The notes: generated by a model not told the origin, from the sequence alone. Shown: positions 1-9,892, numbered from the stretch's first letter. The stretch: 42,871 nt of DNA from Muribaculaceae bacterium (GCA_029056365.1 JAIDBM010000064.1:1-42871), one strand, 5' to 3'. Numbers and translations are program-made.

Positions 1-9
1 ATAGCATGC

Positions 10-78
10 CTATCTGATGCCATACAGGTGCTTCACTGCCGCACCCGTAGCGCTGCTTATTATTGAGTCTACTGTCAT
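10..78 (-). other. Short ORF (MTVDSIISSATGAAVKHLYGIR*), possibly the 5' end of a truncated gene (ArgS N-terminus-like)
   Basis: ATG at 78 follows an A-rich leader and a TAACTTTG promoter element (~105-112, minus strand). The ORF stops at 10-12. The ArgS resemblance is from memory only. Confidence 0.25.
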
Positions 79-176
79 TTTTTTAATTAGTCTGTTATCA
101 AACTGCAAAGTTACTACATTTTTTGCAATCGGCCAACCTGGCCACGGGCACGCCCATGCCGTGTCAGCCTGAAAAC

Positions 177-1277
177 CTAAAGGTAAGTGTCGCCGAACTT
201 GAGCTTTGCATCCGAAACCATGTTGCGAATATCCTGCTCCTCCGACTTCGGACATATCAGCAGCACATCGCCGGCATCGGCCACTATGTAATCGTTCAGA
301 CCCTGCACCACCACGAGCTTGTCGTCGCGCACAGCGAATATGTTTCCCGACGAGTCATAGCTCATCACCTTGCAGTTCTGTGTTACGTTGCCATCGGAAT
401 TCCGCGGCGAGTTGTCGTAAAGCGAACTCCAGGTGCCGAGATCCGACCATCCGAAATCAACCGTCTCGACATATACGTTCGAGGCTTTTTCCATTACAGC
501 GAAATCGATGCTTATGCTCATGCAGCCGGGAAACTCCATTTCTATGAAATCGCGCTCCGATGCGGTGCCGAAATGCCCGGCGCCCCGATCGAACACCTGG
601 GCTATCTCCGGTGCATGTTCGTGAAGCGCCCTTATGATTGAATCGGCTTTCCACAGAAATATGCCTGAATTCCAGAAAAACTCGCCGGTATCGATAAACA
701 CTTTGGCCAGCTCCACATTGGGTTTTTCGGTAAATGTCTTTACCTTGTTGATGCCAGGCTCCACTTCATCGCCTATCTGGATGTATCCGTAGCCGGTTTC
801 AGGCCGGGTAGGCTGTATTCCGAGGGTAAGCAGCGCGTCGCGGCTCTCCACAAACTCAAACCCGCGCACTATGCTGTCGCGGAAACTTTCCTCGCGGGTA
901 ATCAGATGGTCGCTCGGCGTAACCACGATTGACGCATGCGCATCACGTGCCTTGATATGATATGCGGCCCATGCAATGCAGGGAGCGGTGTTGCGCCTCG
1001 CCGGCTCAAGCAAAATTGAATTGTCGCCGAGATCAGGCAGCTGGCGTCTTACCAGTTCGGCATATGCCTCGTTCGTGACCACCAGGATGTTTTCAGCCGG
1101 AACCACCGACCGTATACGGTCGTAGCTCATCTGAAGCAGCGACCGGCCTGTTCCCAGAAAATCGATGAACTGTTTGGGCAGTCCGGTACGGCTGTACGGC
1201 CAGAACCGGCTTCCTATGCCGCCGCACATTATCACGCAGTAGCGGTGTGAACGTATTTCTTTTTCGGTATTCATCAT
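177..1277 (-). CDS. manC: Mannose-1-phosphate guanylyltransferase
   Basis: Motifs GGIGSRFWPYSR..PKQF, LEPARRNTAPCI, ETGYGYI, FTEKP, WNSGIF, SIDFAVMEK and WSDLGTW. Confidence 0.93.
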   Translation of the reverse strand: MMNTEKEIRSHRYCVIMCGGIGSRFWPYSRTGLPKQFIDFLGTGRSLLQMSYDRIRSVVPAENILVVTNEAYAELVRRQLPDLGDNSILLEPARRNTAPCIAWAAYHIKARDAHASIVVTPSDHLITREESFRDSIVRGFEFVESRDALLTLGIQPTRPETGYGYIQIGDEVEPGINKVKTFTEKPNVELAKVFIDTGEFFWNSGIFLWKADSIIRALHEHAPEIAQVFDRGAGHFGTASERDFIEMEFPGCMSISIDFAVMEKASNVYVETVDFGWSDLGTWSSLYDNSPRNSDGNVTQNCKVMSYDSSGNIFAVRDDKLVVVQGLNDYIVADAGDVLLICPKSEEQDIRNMVSDAKLKFGDTYL

Positions 1278-1308
1278 GTGTTGTATGTCGGAAAGAGAGA
1301 GTTGGGAA

Positions 1309-2769
1309 TTAATCTGTTATATTTTCGTCTGCAATTATCGTGCCGCTCTTGGCCATCGAGCGTCTGTAGCTGTAGAACAGACCGCCGAACAGGGCCGCCA
1401 CGGCCACTCCGGCACCTGTGGCTATGCCACGCGGCAGGCCGAATCCTTCGGGCGATGGAGCGAACAGCAGATATGTAACACTCACCACTGTCATGAACAG
1501 GGCCGGAACAATTGCAATAACATAGTTCTTGCCGTTACGCAGCATCCACACCGATACCGCCCAGAGCGTAAACACCGCCAGGGTCTGGTTGCACCAGGCG
1601 AAATAGCGCCACAGCACCTGGAAATCAATCTGTATCAGCAAAAATGTAACGGCAAACAGCGGAAGCGACACCAGTATGCGGCGCAGGGTGTTCTTCTGGC
1701 TTATTTTCAGAAAATCAGCTACTATAAGACGGGCCGAGCGCAATGCCGTATCGCCGGTAGTGACAGGTGCGGCAACTACGCCAAGCAGTGCCAGTATTCC
1801 GCCGAAGGCGCCAAGCCAGCCCACCGATATGTCGTTCACCAGTGTCGCGGCCGAATGGCCTTCCCGGGCCATATAGCTTTCAAGCGACCCGTATCCGCCT
1901 GTAAACGCTATGGCGGCGGCAGCCCATATCAGCGCCACGATTCCTTCGGCCACCATGGCGCCATAGAACACCGGCCGCCCGAGTTTCTCGTTTTTCATGC
2001 ACCGCGCCATCATCGGCGACTGTGTGGCATGAAATCCCGAAATCGCTCCGCAGGCTATCGACACGAACATCATCGGAAATATCGGATAACCATCGCTACG
2101 CCGACTATGCAAGCCTTCGGAAATGCCCTCGGGAATTTCCATTCCGCCAAACAGCAGGCAACACAGCAGACCCGCCGCCATGAACAGAAGCGCAAAGCCG
2201 AATACCGGATACAACGAGCCTATCAGCTTGTCGATCGGCAGCACCGTGGCGCATACATAATAGGCGAATATGACAAACACCCACAGCTCGGCAGTCATCC
2301 AGTCGGGAGTTATCCCGGCGAGTATTCCGGCCGGCGAGGTCACAAACACGGCTCCCACCATCAGCAAAAGCAACACGGAGAACACGCCCATTACGTTGCG
2401 CACTCCGCGCCCGAGCTGGCTGCCCACTATCTCGGGAAGCGACAACCCGCCCATACGCACCGAAATCATGCCCGACAGAAAATCGTGCACCGCTCCGGCG
2501 AATATAGTGCCGAGCACTATCCAAATGAACGATGCCGGACCGAACATCACACCCATTATGGCGCCGAAAATCGGACCGATACCCGCTATGTTGAGAAACT
2601 GAATCAGAAAGACCTTCCACGTCGGCATAGGCATATAATCCACTCCGTCGCAACGCGTGTAGGCGGGGGTAGGGCGCCCGGAGTCGCTGCCGAAAGCCTT
2701 CTCCACTATGGCACCATAAATGAAATAGCCGGCTATAAGCACAGCCAATGATATTAGAAATGCGGTCAC
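1309..2769 (-). CDS. cstA: Carbon starvation protein A family peptide/pyruvate transporter
   Basis: Polytopic membrane protein with QFLNIAGIGPIFG, GAVHDF, ACGAISGFHATQSP and TTGDTALRSARL. GTG start. Confidence 0.9.
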   Translation of the reverse strand: MTAFLISLAVLIAGYFIYGAIVEKAFGSDSGRPTPAYTRCDGVDYMPMPTWKVFLIQFLNIAGIGPIFGAIMGVMFGPASFIWIVLGTIFAGAVHDFLSGMISVRMGGLSLPEIVGSQLGRGVRNVMGVFSVLLLLMVGAVFVTSPAGILAGITPDWMTAELWVFVIFAYYVCATVLPIDKLIGSLYPVFGFALLFMAAGLLCCLLFGGMEIPEGISEGLHSRRSDGYPIFPMMFVSIACGAISGFHATQSPMMARCMKNEKLGRPVFYGAMVAEGIVALIWAAAAIAFTGGYGSLESYMAREGHSAATLVNDISVGWLGAFGGILALLGVVAAPVTTGDTALRSARLIVADFLKISQKNTLRRILVSLPLFAVTFLLIQIDFQVLWRYFAWCNQTLAVFTLWAVSVWMLRNGKNYVIAIVPALFMTVVSVTYLLFAPSPEGFGLPRGIATGAGVAVAALFGGLFYSYRRSMAKSGTIIADENITD

Positions 2770-2839
2770 CTGAATAAATCTGTTTGTTATTTATAGCCTG
2801 CATGCCGCCCGCAGCGACATGTACGGAAAGGCCTGATAG

Positions 2840-2870
2840 CAAAGTTAGCAATTCCGGTGGATACCACAAA
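2840..2870 (-). promoter_or_regulatory. Bacteroidetes sigma-70-type promoter for cstA-manC
   Basis: Minus strand TTTG (2867-2870), 19 nt spacer, TAACTTTG (2840-2847). Confidence 0.6.
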
Positions 2871-2905
2871 ATCAAAGTTTCATTTTAATTATTTTTAGTG
2901 CATTT

Positions 2906-2937
2906 TTTGGCCATTGTAACTATTTTGCATAACTTTG
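2906..2937 (+). promoter_or_regulatory. Bacteroidetes -33/-7 promoter for the pyrH operon
   Basis: TTTG (2906-2909), 20 nt spacer, TAACTTTG (2930-2937). Confidence 0.7.
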
Positions 2938-2955
2938 CACAAAAGCAAAGAAACT

Positions 2956-3672
2956 ATGGAAACTAAATACCGACGCATACTTCTGAAACTTAGCGGCGAA
3001 TCTCTCGCGGCCGGACAAGGTCACGGAATTGACACCGACCGCCTCGAATCATACGCCCGGCAGATAAAAGCCGCCGTCGACAGCGGAATACAGGTGGCCA
3101 TCGTGATTGGCGGAGGAAACATATTCCGCGGACTCTCCGGAGCCTCAAGAGGATTCGACCGCGTGAAAGGCGACCAGATGGGAATGCTCGCCACTGTGAT
3201 AAACTCGCTGGCGCTGAGTTCGGCGCTTTGCGCCATAGGACAGCCGGCTCAGGTTTTCACCGCCATAAACATGTTCCCCATCGGAGAACATTACAGCAAA
3301 TGGAGAGCAATCAATGCCTTGGAGAACGGGCAGATTGCCATAATTTCCGGCGGCACAGGAAATCCATTCTTCACAACCGATACCGGCTCGGCACTCAGGG
3401 CCATCGAAATCGAAGCCGATGTGATGCTGAAGGGCACAAGAGTCGACGGTGTATATACTGCCGACCCGGAAAAAGACCCCTCGGCCACAAAGTTCGCAAG
3501 CATAACCTACGACGAGGTATACAACCGTGGCCTTAAGGTTATGGACCTCACCGCCACAGCGCTGTGCAAGGAAAACAGAATGCCTATAATTGTGTTCGAC
3601 ATGGACACCCCCGGCAATCTTGCCAAAGTTCTGGCAGGAGAAGAAACCGGCACTCTTGTTTATCAGGAATAA
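2956..3672 (+). CDS. pyrH: UMP kinase
   Basis: RILLKLSGE, GGGNIFRG, DQMGMLATVIN, GTGNPFFTTD. ATG 2956 preferred over TTG 2935, which lies inside the promoter. Confidence 0.97.
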   Translation: METKYRRILLKLSGESLAAGQGHGIDTDRLESYARQIKAAVDSGIQVAIVIGGGNIFRGLSGASRGFDRVKGDQMGMLATVINSLALSSALCAIGQPAQVFTAINMFPIGEHYSKWRAINALENGQIAIISGGTGNPFFTTDTGSALRAIEIEADVMLKGTRVDGVYTADPEKDPSATKFASITYDEVYNRGLKVMDLTATALCKENRMPIIVFDMDTPGNLAKVLAGEETGTLVYQE

Positions 3673-3694
3673 TTCAAAAACATCATAAAGATAT

Positions 3695-4255
3695 ATGACT
3701 GACCCGAAAACCTACCTCGGCCCGGCTGAAGAGAAAATGGAACTCGCCGTGGCCTATCTCGACGAATCGCTGGCCCATATCCGCGCCGGAAAGGCCAACC
3801 CCAAGATTCTCGACGGAATAAGAGTGGACTATTACGGCAGCGCCGCTCCCATCAGCAACGTTGCCAACGTGAGTGTGCCCGATGCCAGAACCATTACCAT
3901 TACTCCCTGGGAGAAAAGCATGTTCAAGGAAATCGAAAAGGCCATCATCAATTCCGAACTCGGCATCACTCCTGAAAACAACGGAGAGGTTATTCGCCTG
4001 TCGATTCCGCCGCTCACCGAAGAACGCCGAAAAGCCCTCGTAAAACAGTCGAAAGCCGAGGCCGAACAGGCTAAGGTTTCGGTGCGTAACGCCCGGCGCG
4101 ATGCTATCGACGGACTGAAAAAGGCCATAAAACAGGGCATGCCCGAAGACGTGGAAAAAGACGCCGAGGCAAGCGCCCAGAAACTCCACGACAAATTCCT
4201 TAAGAAAATCGACGATCTTTTCGCCGCCAAAGAAAAAGAAATCCTCACCGTATAA
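3695..4255 (+). CDS. frr: Ribosome recycling factor
   Basis: [23 protein letters not shown]; canonical pyrH-frr synteny. Confidence 0.97.
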   Translation: MTDPKTYLGPAEEKMELAVAYLDESLAHIRAGKANPKILDGIRVDYYGSAAPISNVANVSVPDARTITITPWEKSMFKEIEKAIINSELGITPENNGEVIRLSIPPLTEERRKALVKQSKAEAEQAKVSVRNARRDAIDGLKKAIKQGMPEDVEKDAEASAQKLHDKFLKKIDDLFAAKEKEILTV

Positions 4256-4875
4256 TGATTAGAAATCTGCTTTTCGATCTCGGAGGTGTGATTATGGATA
4301 TCGAACGCCGCAACTGTGTTGCGGCGTTCGAAGCGCTCGGCCTGCCAGATGCCGAATCGTTCTTCGGAGAATACTCGCAAAAAGGTGCCTTCATGCAGCT
4401 TGAGGAAGGCTCTATAAGTGTTGATGATTTCCACCGCCTCCTGCGGAATGAATTCCCTCACGACGTAACGGATTCTCAGATCGACAACGCTTTCCTGCAA
4501 TTCCTCACCGGTATACCGGAACAACGCCTGAAAGCTCTGAGGCAATTACGAAAACGCTTTGGAATTTATCTGCTGAGCAATACCAACGAAATTATGTGGA
4601 ACAGCAAAATCGCCGATGAATTCACAAAAGAAGGACTTACACGCGAAGACTACTTCGATGGCATCGTAACTTCGTTCGAAGCAAAGGCCCTAAAACCCGA
4701 TGCCCGGATATTCCGCTTTGCCGAACAGAAACTCGGCCTTATTCCATCGGAAACACTTTTCATCGACGACTCCACACGCAACCTTGAAGCCGCATCCGAA
4801 CTCGGATTCAACACCCTGCTGGTGAAACCCGGCGAAGAATTCGCCGAAAACCTGGCTCGTTACCTCAGTGTATAA
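4255..4875 (+). CDS. HAD-family phosphatase (YihX-like)
   Basis: FDLGGV motif I, LSNTN, KPD, FIDD..N; TAATG coupling with frr. Confidence 0.88.
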   Translation: MIRNLLFDLGGVIMDIERRNCVAAFEALGLPDAESFFGEYSQKGAFMQLEEGSISVDDFHRLLRNEFPHDVTDSQIDNAFLQFLTGIPEQRLKALRQLRKRFGIYLLSNTNEIMWNSKIADEFTKEGLTREDYFDGIVTSFEAKALKPDARIFRFAEQKLGLIPSETLFIDDSTRNLEAASELGFNTLLVKPGEEFAENLARYLSV

Positions 4876-5758
4876 ATTCGCTGCCATAGGAATGTTCGAC
4901 GGCGTACATCTGGGCCACAGACACCTGTGGAAACAGATTGGCCTTATGTGCGCCGACAGCGGCGCATCGTCATTAGCCGTAACGTTCCGCAACCATCCGC
5001 TGGAACTCATAGCGCCGCAAAAAGCGCCGCTGTCGCTCGGGCCGGTCGACCAACGGGCCGCACTCCTGCGGCAGGCCGGGGCCGACAATGTTCTCATTCT
5101 CGATTTCACACCGGAACTGCGAATGCTCTCCGCCGCCGAATTCGTCAACCTCCTCGCCGACAAATATGCTGTAACCCACATGGTTGTCGGCTTCAACAAC
5201 AGTATCGGCAGCGACCGAGTGTCAACCCCGGAAGCATACGCCCTACTGGCCCAACAGACCCATGTGCACATCTATCCGGCAGAGGAATTACGCATCGAAG
5301 GGATGGAGCGCATAAGCAGCTCCGCCATAAGAAAAGCTCTCGCGACAGGCCACATCGACACCGCCAACAGCATGCTCGGACGCAACTACAGCATAAGCGG
5401 TGTTGTTTCACACGGCCAACAGCTCGGACGCACAATCGGCTTCCCTACTGCCAATATCGTGCCCGACGACTCCCGCCAGGCCTTACCTGCCCCCGGAGTA
5501 TACGCCCTCGATGCCATTCTGCCCGACGGAACTTCCCGACGGGCCATGGCCAATATCGGTAAACGACCTACCGTCGAATCCAGCACCGACGCCCCCATCA
5601 CATTCGAAGTGAACATCTTCGACTTCGAAGGCGACCTATATGGCAAAAACCTTAACGTACATTTTCTGAAACGACTGCGCGATGAACAGCGTTTCGACTC
5701 CCTCGAAGCCCTGCGTAATCGTCTTGAAGAAGACCGACATCAGGCCATAAGCCTGTAA
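4868..5758 (+). CDS. ribF: Bifunctional riboflavin kinase/FAD synthetase
   Basis: GMFDGVHLGH, ISSSAIR, GRTIGFPTAN, NIGKRPT, RLRDEQRF. Confidence 0.95.
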   Translation: MYKFAAIGMFDGVHLGHRHLWKQIGLMCADSGASSLAVTFRNHPLELIAPQKAPLSLGPVDQRAALLRQAGADNVLILDFTPELRMLSAAEFVNLLADKYAVTHMVVGFNNSIGSDRVSTPEAYALLAQQTHVHIYPAEELRIEGMERISSSAIRKALATGHIDTANSMLGRNYSISGVVSHGQQLGRTIGFPTANIVPDDSRQALPAPGVYALDAILPDGTSRRAMANIGKRPTVESSTDAPITFEVNIFDFEGDLYGKNLNVHFLKRLRDEQRFDSLEALRNRLEEDRHQAISL

Positions 5759-5826
5759 TGCCGGCGCTTATAGTATTTCGAAAAAAAACATTATATTTGC
5801 AACTTGAACCGGAAAAGCATGTAGAA

Positions 5827-7392
5827 ATGGAAATGCCCAACTACCCCATCGGAAAACAATCATTTGCGGACATCCGACAAAACGGCTACTTATACATTGA
5901 TAAGACAGCATTTATACCGCTGCTGCTTAAAAATGGATCCTTCAAATTTCTGAGTCGTCCCCGGCGCTTCGGAAAAAGCCTGCTCATTTCTACGCTCGAA
6001 GCCTATTTCACCAACAAACGTGACCTTTTCAAAGGCCTCGCCATCGATCGAATGCAACCTGAGCCTTGGCAGGAATATACAGTATTGCATTTCGATTTCT
6101 CCGGACACAATTACAACCAAGCCAAAATTCTAAATCATTCCCTGAAAAGTAAATTGTCGGAGTATGAGCACAGCCTCGGAATAAATCCAGACGAAGATGA
6201 CGATATATCGCTTCGTTTTCATCGTATCGTTCGTACTTCGTACGAACGCACCGGACGCGGCGTTGTGATTCTGATTGATGAATATGATAATCCAATTACC
6301 TCGGCGATTGACAACCCGGAACTTCAGGACGAGTTGCGCAAAATTCTCTACGGCTTCTACTCTTCGTTCAAGTCGCTCGACCAATACATACATTTCTGTA
6401 TACTGACGGGCGTGACCAAATACGGCAAGATGTCGGTATTCAGCGGTCTTAACAATCTGAAAGACATTTCATTCCTCGATAAATTCGCCGGTATATGCGG
6501 AATTACAGAGGCAGAGCTTCTCGAAAATCTCAATCCTGGAGTAGAAGAACTTGCCAAAAAACTCAATGTTACGACCAACGAGGCTTACAATAGACTGAAA
6601 GTCCATTACGATGGTTACCATTTTTCGGAAGGTTTGATTGATATATACAATCCTTTCAGCATTATCAATGCTTTGTCTGATTCCAAAATTTTGAACTATT
6701 GGGCCGCGACCGGAACTCCTACAATGCTAATAAAGCTACTGAAGGCCCACGACTTTGACATCAGCAAGCTAAATGGCGCAGAAGCGTCTTTGGATGAGTT
6801 AGGCAACATCTACGGGCCGCAAATCAATCCCAAAGCACTCTTCTATCAGACAGGCTATCTGACAATAAAAAGCTACGACCCTGAATATCAATCGTACTTT
6901 CTCAGCTTCCCTAACCTTGAAGTTGAAAGAACTTTTATGGATAATCTCCTCGAAATCTACACTGAGGAGAATACCAACCCTATTGCGAAAGAGATTCCGC
7001 GAGCTCTACGACGTGGGGATGTCAAAAGCGTTATTGCTCTCCTGAAGTCCTTCCTTTCTGGCATTCCGTTTGATCTTCGCAAGCGGGTTGCCAAGTATGA
7101 AAATTATTATCACACAATACTATATGCCATTTTCTCCCTAATTGGCACCGAGGTTGCTGCCGAATATCATACCGCCCGTGGCAGCATCGACATGATAATA
7201 CGCACGAATGATTACATCTATATCCTCGAACTGAAAGTCAACGGCACCGCCGAAGAAGCCATCGCGCAGATTCGTGAGAAGGGCTACGCCGAACCTTTCG
7301 CCACAGACCCCCGCAAAACTATCCTCATTGGCCTCGGTTTCAGCAAAGACTCCAATACAATTACATCCGACAAGGTTGAGCCGGAGATTTGA
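5827..7392 (+). CDS. AAA-ATPase-like protein with C-terminal PD-(D/E)XK nuclease domain
   Basis: PIGKQSF..YIDKT, Walker A RPRRFGKS, Walker B ILIDEYD, C-terminal IDM..ILELK. Start likely 5827 or 5833, after TATATTTG (5792-5799). Confidence 0.88.
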   Translation: MEMPNYPIGKQSFADIRQNGYLYIDKTAFIPLLLKNGSFKFLSRPRRFGKSLLISTLEAYFTNKRDLFKGLAIDRMQPEPWQEYTVLHFDFSGHNYNQAKILNHSLKSKLSEYEHSLGINPDEDDDISLRFHRIVRTSYERTGRGVVILIDEYDNPITSAIDNPELQDELRKILYGFYSSFKSLDQYIHFCILTGVTKYGKMSVFSGLNNLKDISFLDKFAGICGITEAELLENLNPGVEELAKKLNVTTNEAYNRLKVHYDGYHFSEGLIDIYNPFSIINALSDSKILNYWAATGTPTMLIKLLKAHDFDISKLNGAEASLDELGNIYGPQINPKALFYQTGYLTIKSYDPEYQSYFLSFPNLEVERTFMDNLLEIYTEENTNPIAKEIPRALRRGDVKSVIALLKSFLSGIPFDLRKRVAKYENYYHTILYAIFSLIGTEVAAEYHTARGSIDMIIRTNDYIYILELKVNGTAEEAIAQIREKGYAEPFATDPRKTILIGLGFSKDSNTITSDKVEPEI

Positions 7393-7546
7393 CACCATGG
7401 TTTTCAGTAGATGAAAAAACTACCATATTACGATACCACCATAGCCTTGTCGGTAATGCTCCTCATGGTATATCCATGAATATGCAGGTTGACAATATGC
7501 GCATTAAAACGCCGGATGTCTGCCGAATTATTTGTAACTTTGTTGC

Positions 7547-9280
7547 ATGAAACGCATAGTTGGCATATTGATATTGATTGTTGTTCTGCTTTCCGCCTGC
7601 GGTGGAGGAGATGTGAGCCGCAGGATGGATTTGGCAGACTCCCTGATGGAAGAATGGCCTGATTCAGCACTATGCATACTTCAATCAATTGACTCAGCGA
7701 AAATTGACGGTAAATCACAATATGCCCGATATGCCCTGCTTACCACTCAGGCTCGCGTAAAAAACGACATCCTCAACCTCTCCGACACCTCTGCCCTGCC
7801 ACATCTGGACTACTACCGCGACAACGGATCCGACTTCGACCGCATGCGGGCAGCGTTCTATAAGGCGCAGATTTATGGCTTGACCAATAATAATTCTGAA
7901 AGAATTCTCAATCTTCTGTCCGCGGAAGATTTCGCTAAGGAAGTCAACGACCAATACTGGCTCGCAAAAGTGTATGAGCAGAAAGCAAGATTATATAACA
8001 GTACGGGGTATCTGCAAGAATCTGTAAACGATGCTTATAAAGCAATTGCGCTTTATCACCTGCACTCAAAAAAACTCAATGAAGCATTTCTTTACTGCGA
8101 TATTGCTACAATCTACTATAATTTTTCTAAATACAAAGAATCGGAAGTTATGCTTGACAGCATACAACTCCTCTTTGACAAAGAACTTGGAGAGTCGGAA
8201 TATCTCCGGGCTTACTTTTGGGATATAACCATTTCCAACCTGATTGCCAAAGGTAATTATAAAAAGGCAGATTCCGTTAATAAGCATTTGGAAGCTTTAA
8301 ACATAATAAAAGATTCCCATATGCTCAAAAACGACCTCTTTTTAAAAATCAATGGCGATACAACCGGAATCAGCACTGATCTGAAAGAATTTAAAAAGCT
8401 TTGTACAACAGAGCCTCTATTAACTGCCTATTATCAGATTTCTTATAACTACGAATTCCTTCGCGGAAACATACAGGGCGCTAAAGCATTTGTAGACAGC
8501 GCAATATATTTTCATGATATTGCTGTTCGAGAAGCCTTAAGACAATCTGTCATCGCCACACAGCTGGATGCACAGATTCAGAAAAGCTATCAGCTCAAAC
8601 AAAAAAATCAATGGTTGCTATATATCTCATTGTCATTGATTATTGCCATACTGATTTCTTTTATATATTATCGTTTGAACATCATACGAATTCAGAATAA
8701 AAAAGATTCAACAGTAAACGAGATTTCTGCCCAACTCGCAAAGCAGCATCTGATTACAGACGGTTACAAAAAAGAAATAGCGTCACTGAATCAGGATTTA
8801 GGAATTTCAAAAGTAAAAATAAAAGACCTTGAAGATTCGAACGCAAGATTTAGCACAGAGTATAATCGATTAGCTATACCGGATATTCTTGTATCTCAAT
8901 CCAACACTCTGGCAACAGCCTGTCTGAAATATATCGACAGCATCGACAAAAATGAAAAAAATGCCACTTATGATGAGATACAGTCTATTCTTCGGAGTCT
9001 GATCTCAGAAAATTCATTGTTGTTACAAGAAAAACAAATCAATGAAACATACAATGACATTCTAATCAATTTCAAAAATGACTTCCCTAAAATCTATAGG
9101 GATAATCGCGAACTGATAGTATTCATGTTCACAAAAACCAAACCGAGACTGATTTCCGTTATATTGCAAAAACCGGAACAGACTATCTATACCAAACGTA
9201 AGAGAATTATAGAAGAAATTCGCAAATCAGATTTTTCAAAAAAAGATATATACCTGAAAGCATTTGGACACAATCATTAG
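7547..9280 (+). CDS. Membrane-anchored TPR sensor / C-terminal HTH (LuxR-like) one-component regulator
   Basis: Lipobox LSAC, then a TPR-like helical region, a TM helix (WLLYISLSLIIAILISFIYY), a coiled coil and C-terminal ISVILQKPEQTIYTKRKRI. Confidence 0.72.
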   Translation: MKRIVGILILIVVLLSACGGGDVSRRMDLADSLMEEWPDSALCILQSIDSAKIDGKSQYARYALLTTQARVKNDILNLSDTSALPHLDYYRDNGSDFDRMRAAFYKAQIYGLTNNNSERILNLLSAEDFAKEVNDQYWLAKVYEQKARLYNSTGYLQESVNDAYKAIALYHLHSKKLNEAFLYCDIATIYYNFSKYKESEVMLDSIQLLFDKELGESEYLRAYFWDITISNLIAKGNYKKADSVNKHLEALNIIKDSHMLKNDLFLKINGDTTGISTDLKEFKKLCTTEPLLTAYYQISYNYEFLRGNIQGAKAFVDSAIYFHDIAVREALRQSVIATQLDAQIQKSYQLKQKNQWLLYISLSLIIAILISFIYYRLNIIRIQNKKDSTVNEISAQLAKQHLITDGYKKEIASLNQDLGISKVKIKDLEDSNARFSTEYNRLAIPDILVSQSNTLATACLKYIDSIDKNEKNATYDEIQSILRSLISENSLLLQEKQINETYNDILINFKNDFPKIYRDNRELIVFMFTKTKPRLISVILQKPEQTIYTKRKRIIEEIRKSDFSKKDIYLKAFGHNH

Positions 9281-9373
9281 ATTTATTCGTGATACACCTG
9301 ATGATTAACAATATTTAACCTATATTCATTATTCAAAAGCACTTTAAAGGCCCTGATAATATGCCACTTGCGT

Positions 9374-9391
9374 TTTGAATAATTATTCAAA
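9374..9391. promoter_or_regulatory. Perfect 18-bp palindrome, candidate operator
   Basis: TTTGAATAATTATTCAAA; a degenerate second copy TTTGAATAATTGTT lies at 9427-9440. Confidence 0.45.
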
Positions 9392-9454
9392 TTCATGCCT
9401 ACTGATTTACAGATAGTTACAGGAGATTTGAATAATTGTTTTTTGAGCAAAACA

Positions 9455-9486
9455 TTTGGAAAAGTATTTTGCTGCCACTAAATTTG
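9455..9486 (+). promoter_or_regulatory. -33/-7 promoter of the DUF3244-like/RiPP operon
   Basis: TTTG (9455-9458), 20 nt spacer, TAAATTTG (9479-9486). Confidence 0.65.
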
Positions 9487-9505
9487 CGGCAAAACACAAA
9501 GAAAT

Positions 9506-9892
9506 ATGAAACACAAGAAACTAATCTTCGGCCTTTTGTTTTTGCAATCATCCTTTCTGGCTGTGAACGCCGACACCCCAAGTGGCCCCACTGGAAGCGT
9601 GGGAGCGGGATCAATACCGATATGGCCAAAAGAGGGTCCAACAAAGGGGCGTCCCAAGACACCCTCCGCCCAGCGGGTGGAAGCCTTCTACGAAGACGGC
9701 TACCTGTATCTGAACTTCAAATACAGCGAAGGCCCGGCGGTATTGTATGTATATGATTCCGCCCAGACATCACTACGTAGCCAGACTGTATTCCACACCG
9801 ACTCCGAAGCTGCCTTATACATCGGCAACCTATACGATGCATACATCCTAATCATGACCTCCAATGGTCATGAGTATGAGGGATGGATATAA
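9506..9892 (+). CDS. Secreted DUF3244-like small beta-sandwich protein
   Basis: Signal peptide, Pro/Gly-rich linker ending RPKTP, C-terminal YILIMTSNGHEYEGWI; lies downstream of a TPR regulator, as is usual for this family. Confidence 0.6.
   Translation: MKHKKLIFGLLFLQSSFLAVNADTPSGPTGSVGAGSIPIWPKEGPTKGRPKTPSAQRVEAFYEDGYLYLNFKYSEGPAVLYVYDSAQTSLRSQTVFHTDSEAALYIGNLYDAYILIMTSNGHEYEGWI

Noticed and set aside
1276-2751. 491-aa plus-strand ORF
   Set aside because: It lies antisense along almost all of cstA; typical stop-poor shadow frame.
5758-5826. Extended N-termini given by the ORF track (5758; also 2935, 18910, 30526, 30575, 31429)
   Set aside because: They run through promoter elements or neighbouring genes; family-typical N-termini begin at downstream ATGs.
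7393-7500. Imperfect inverted repeats rich in ACCAT/ATGGT after the AAA-ATPase gene
   Set aside because: Too degenerate to call a terminator, ncRNA or att site without folding or covariance analysis.
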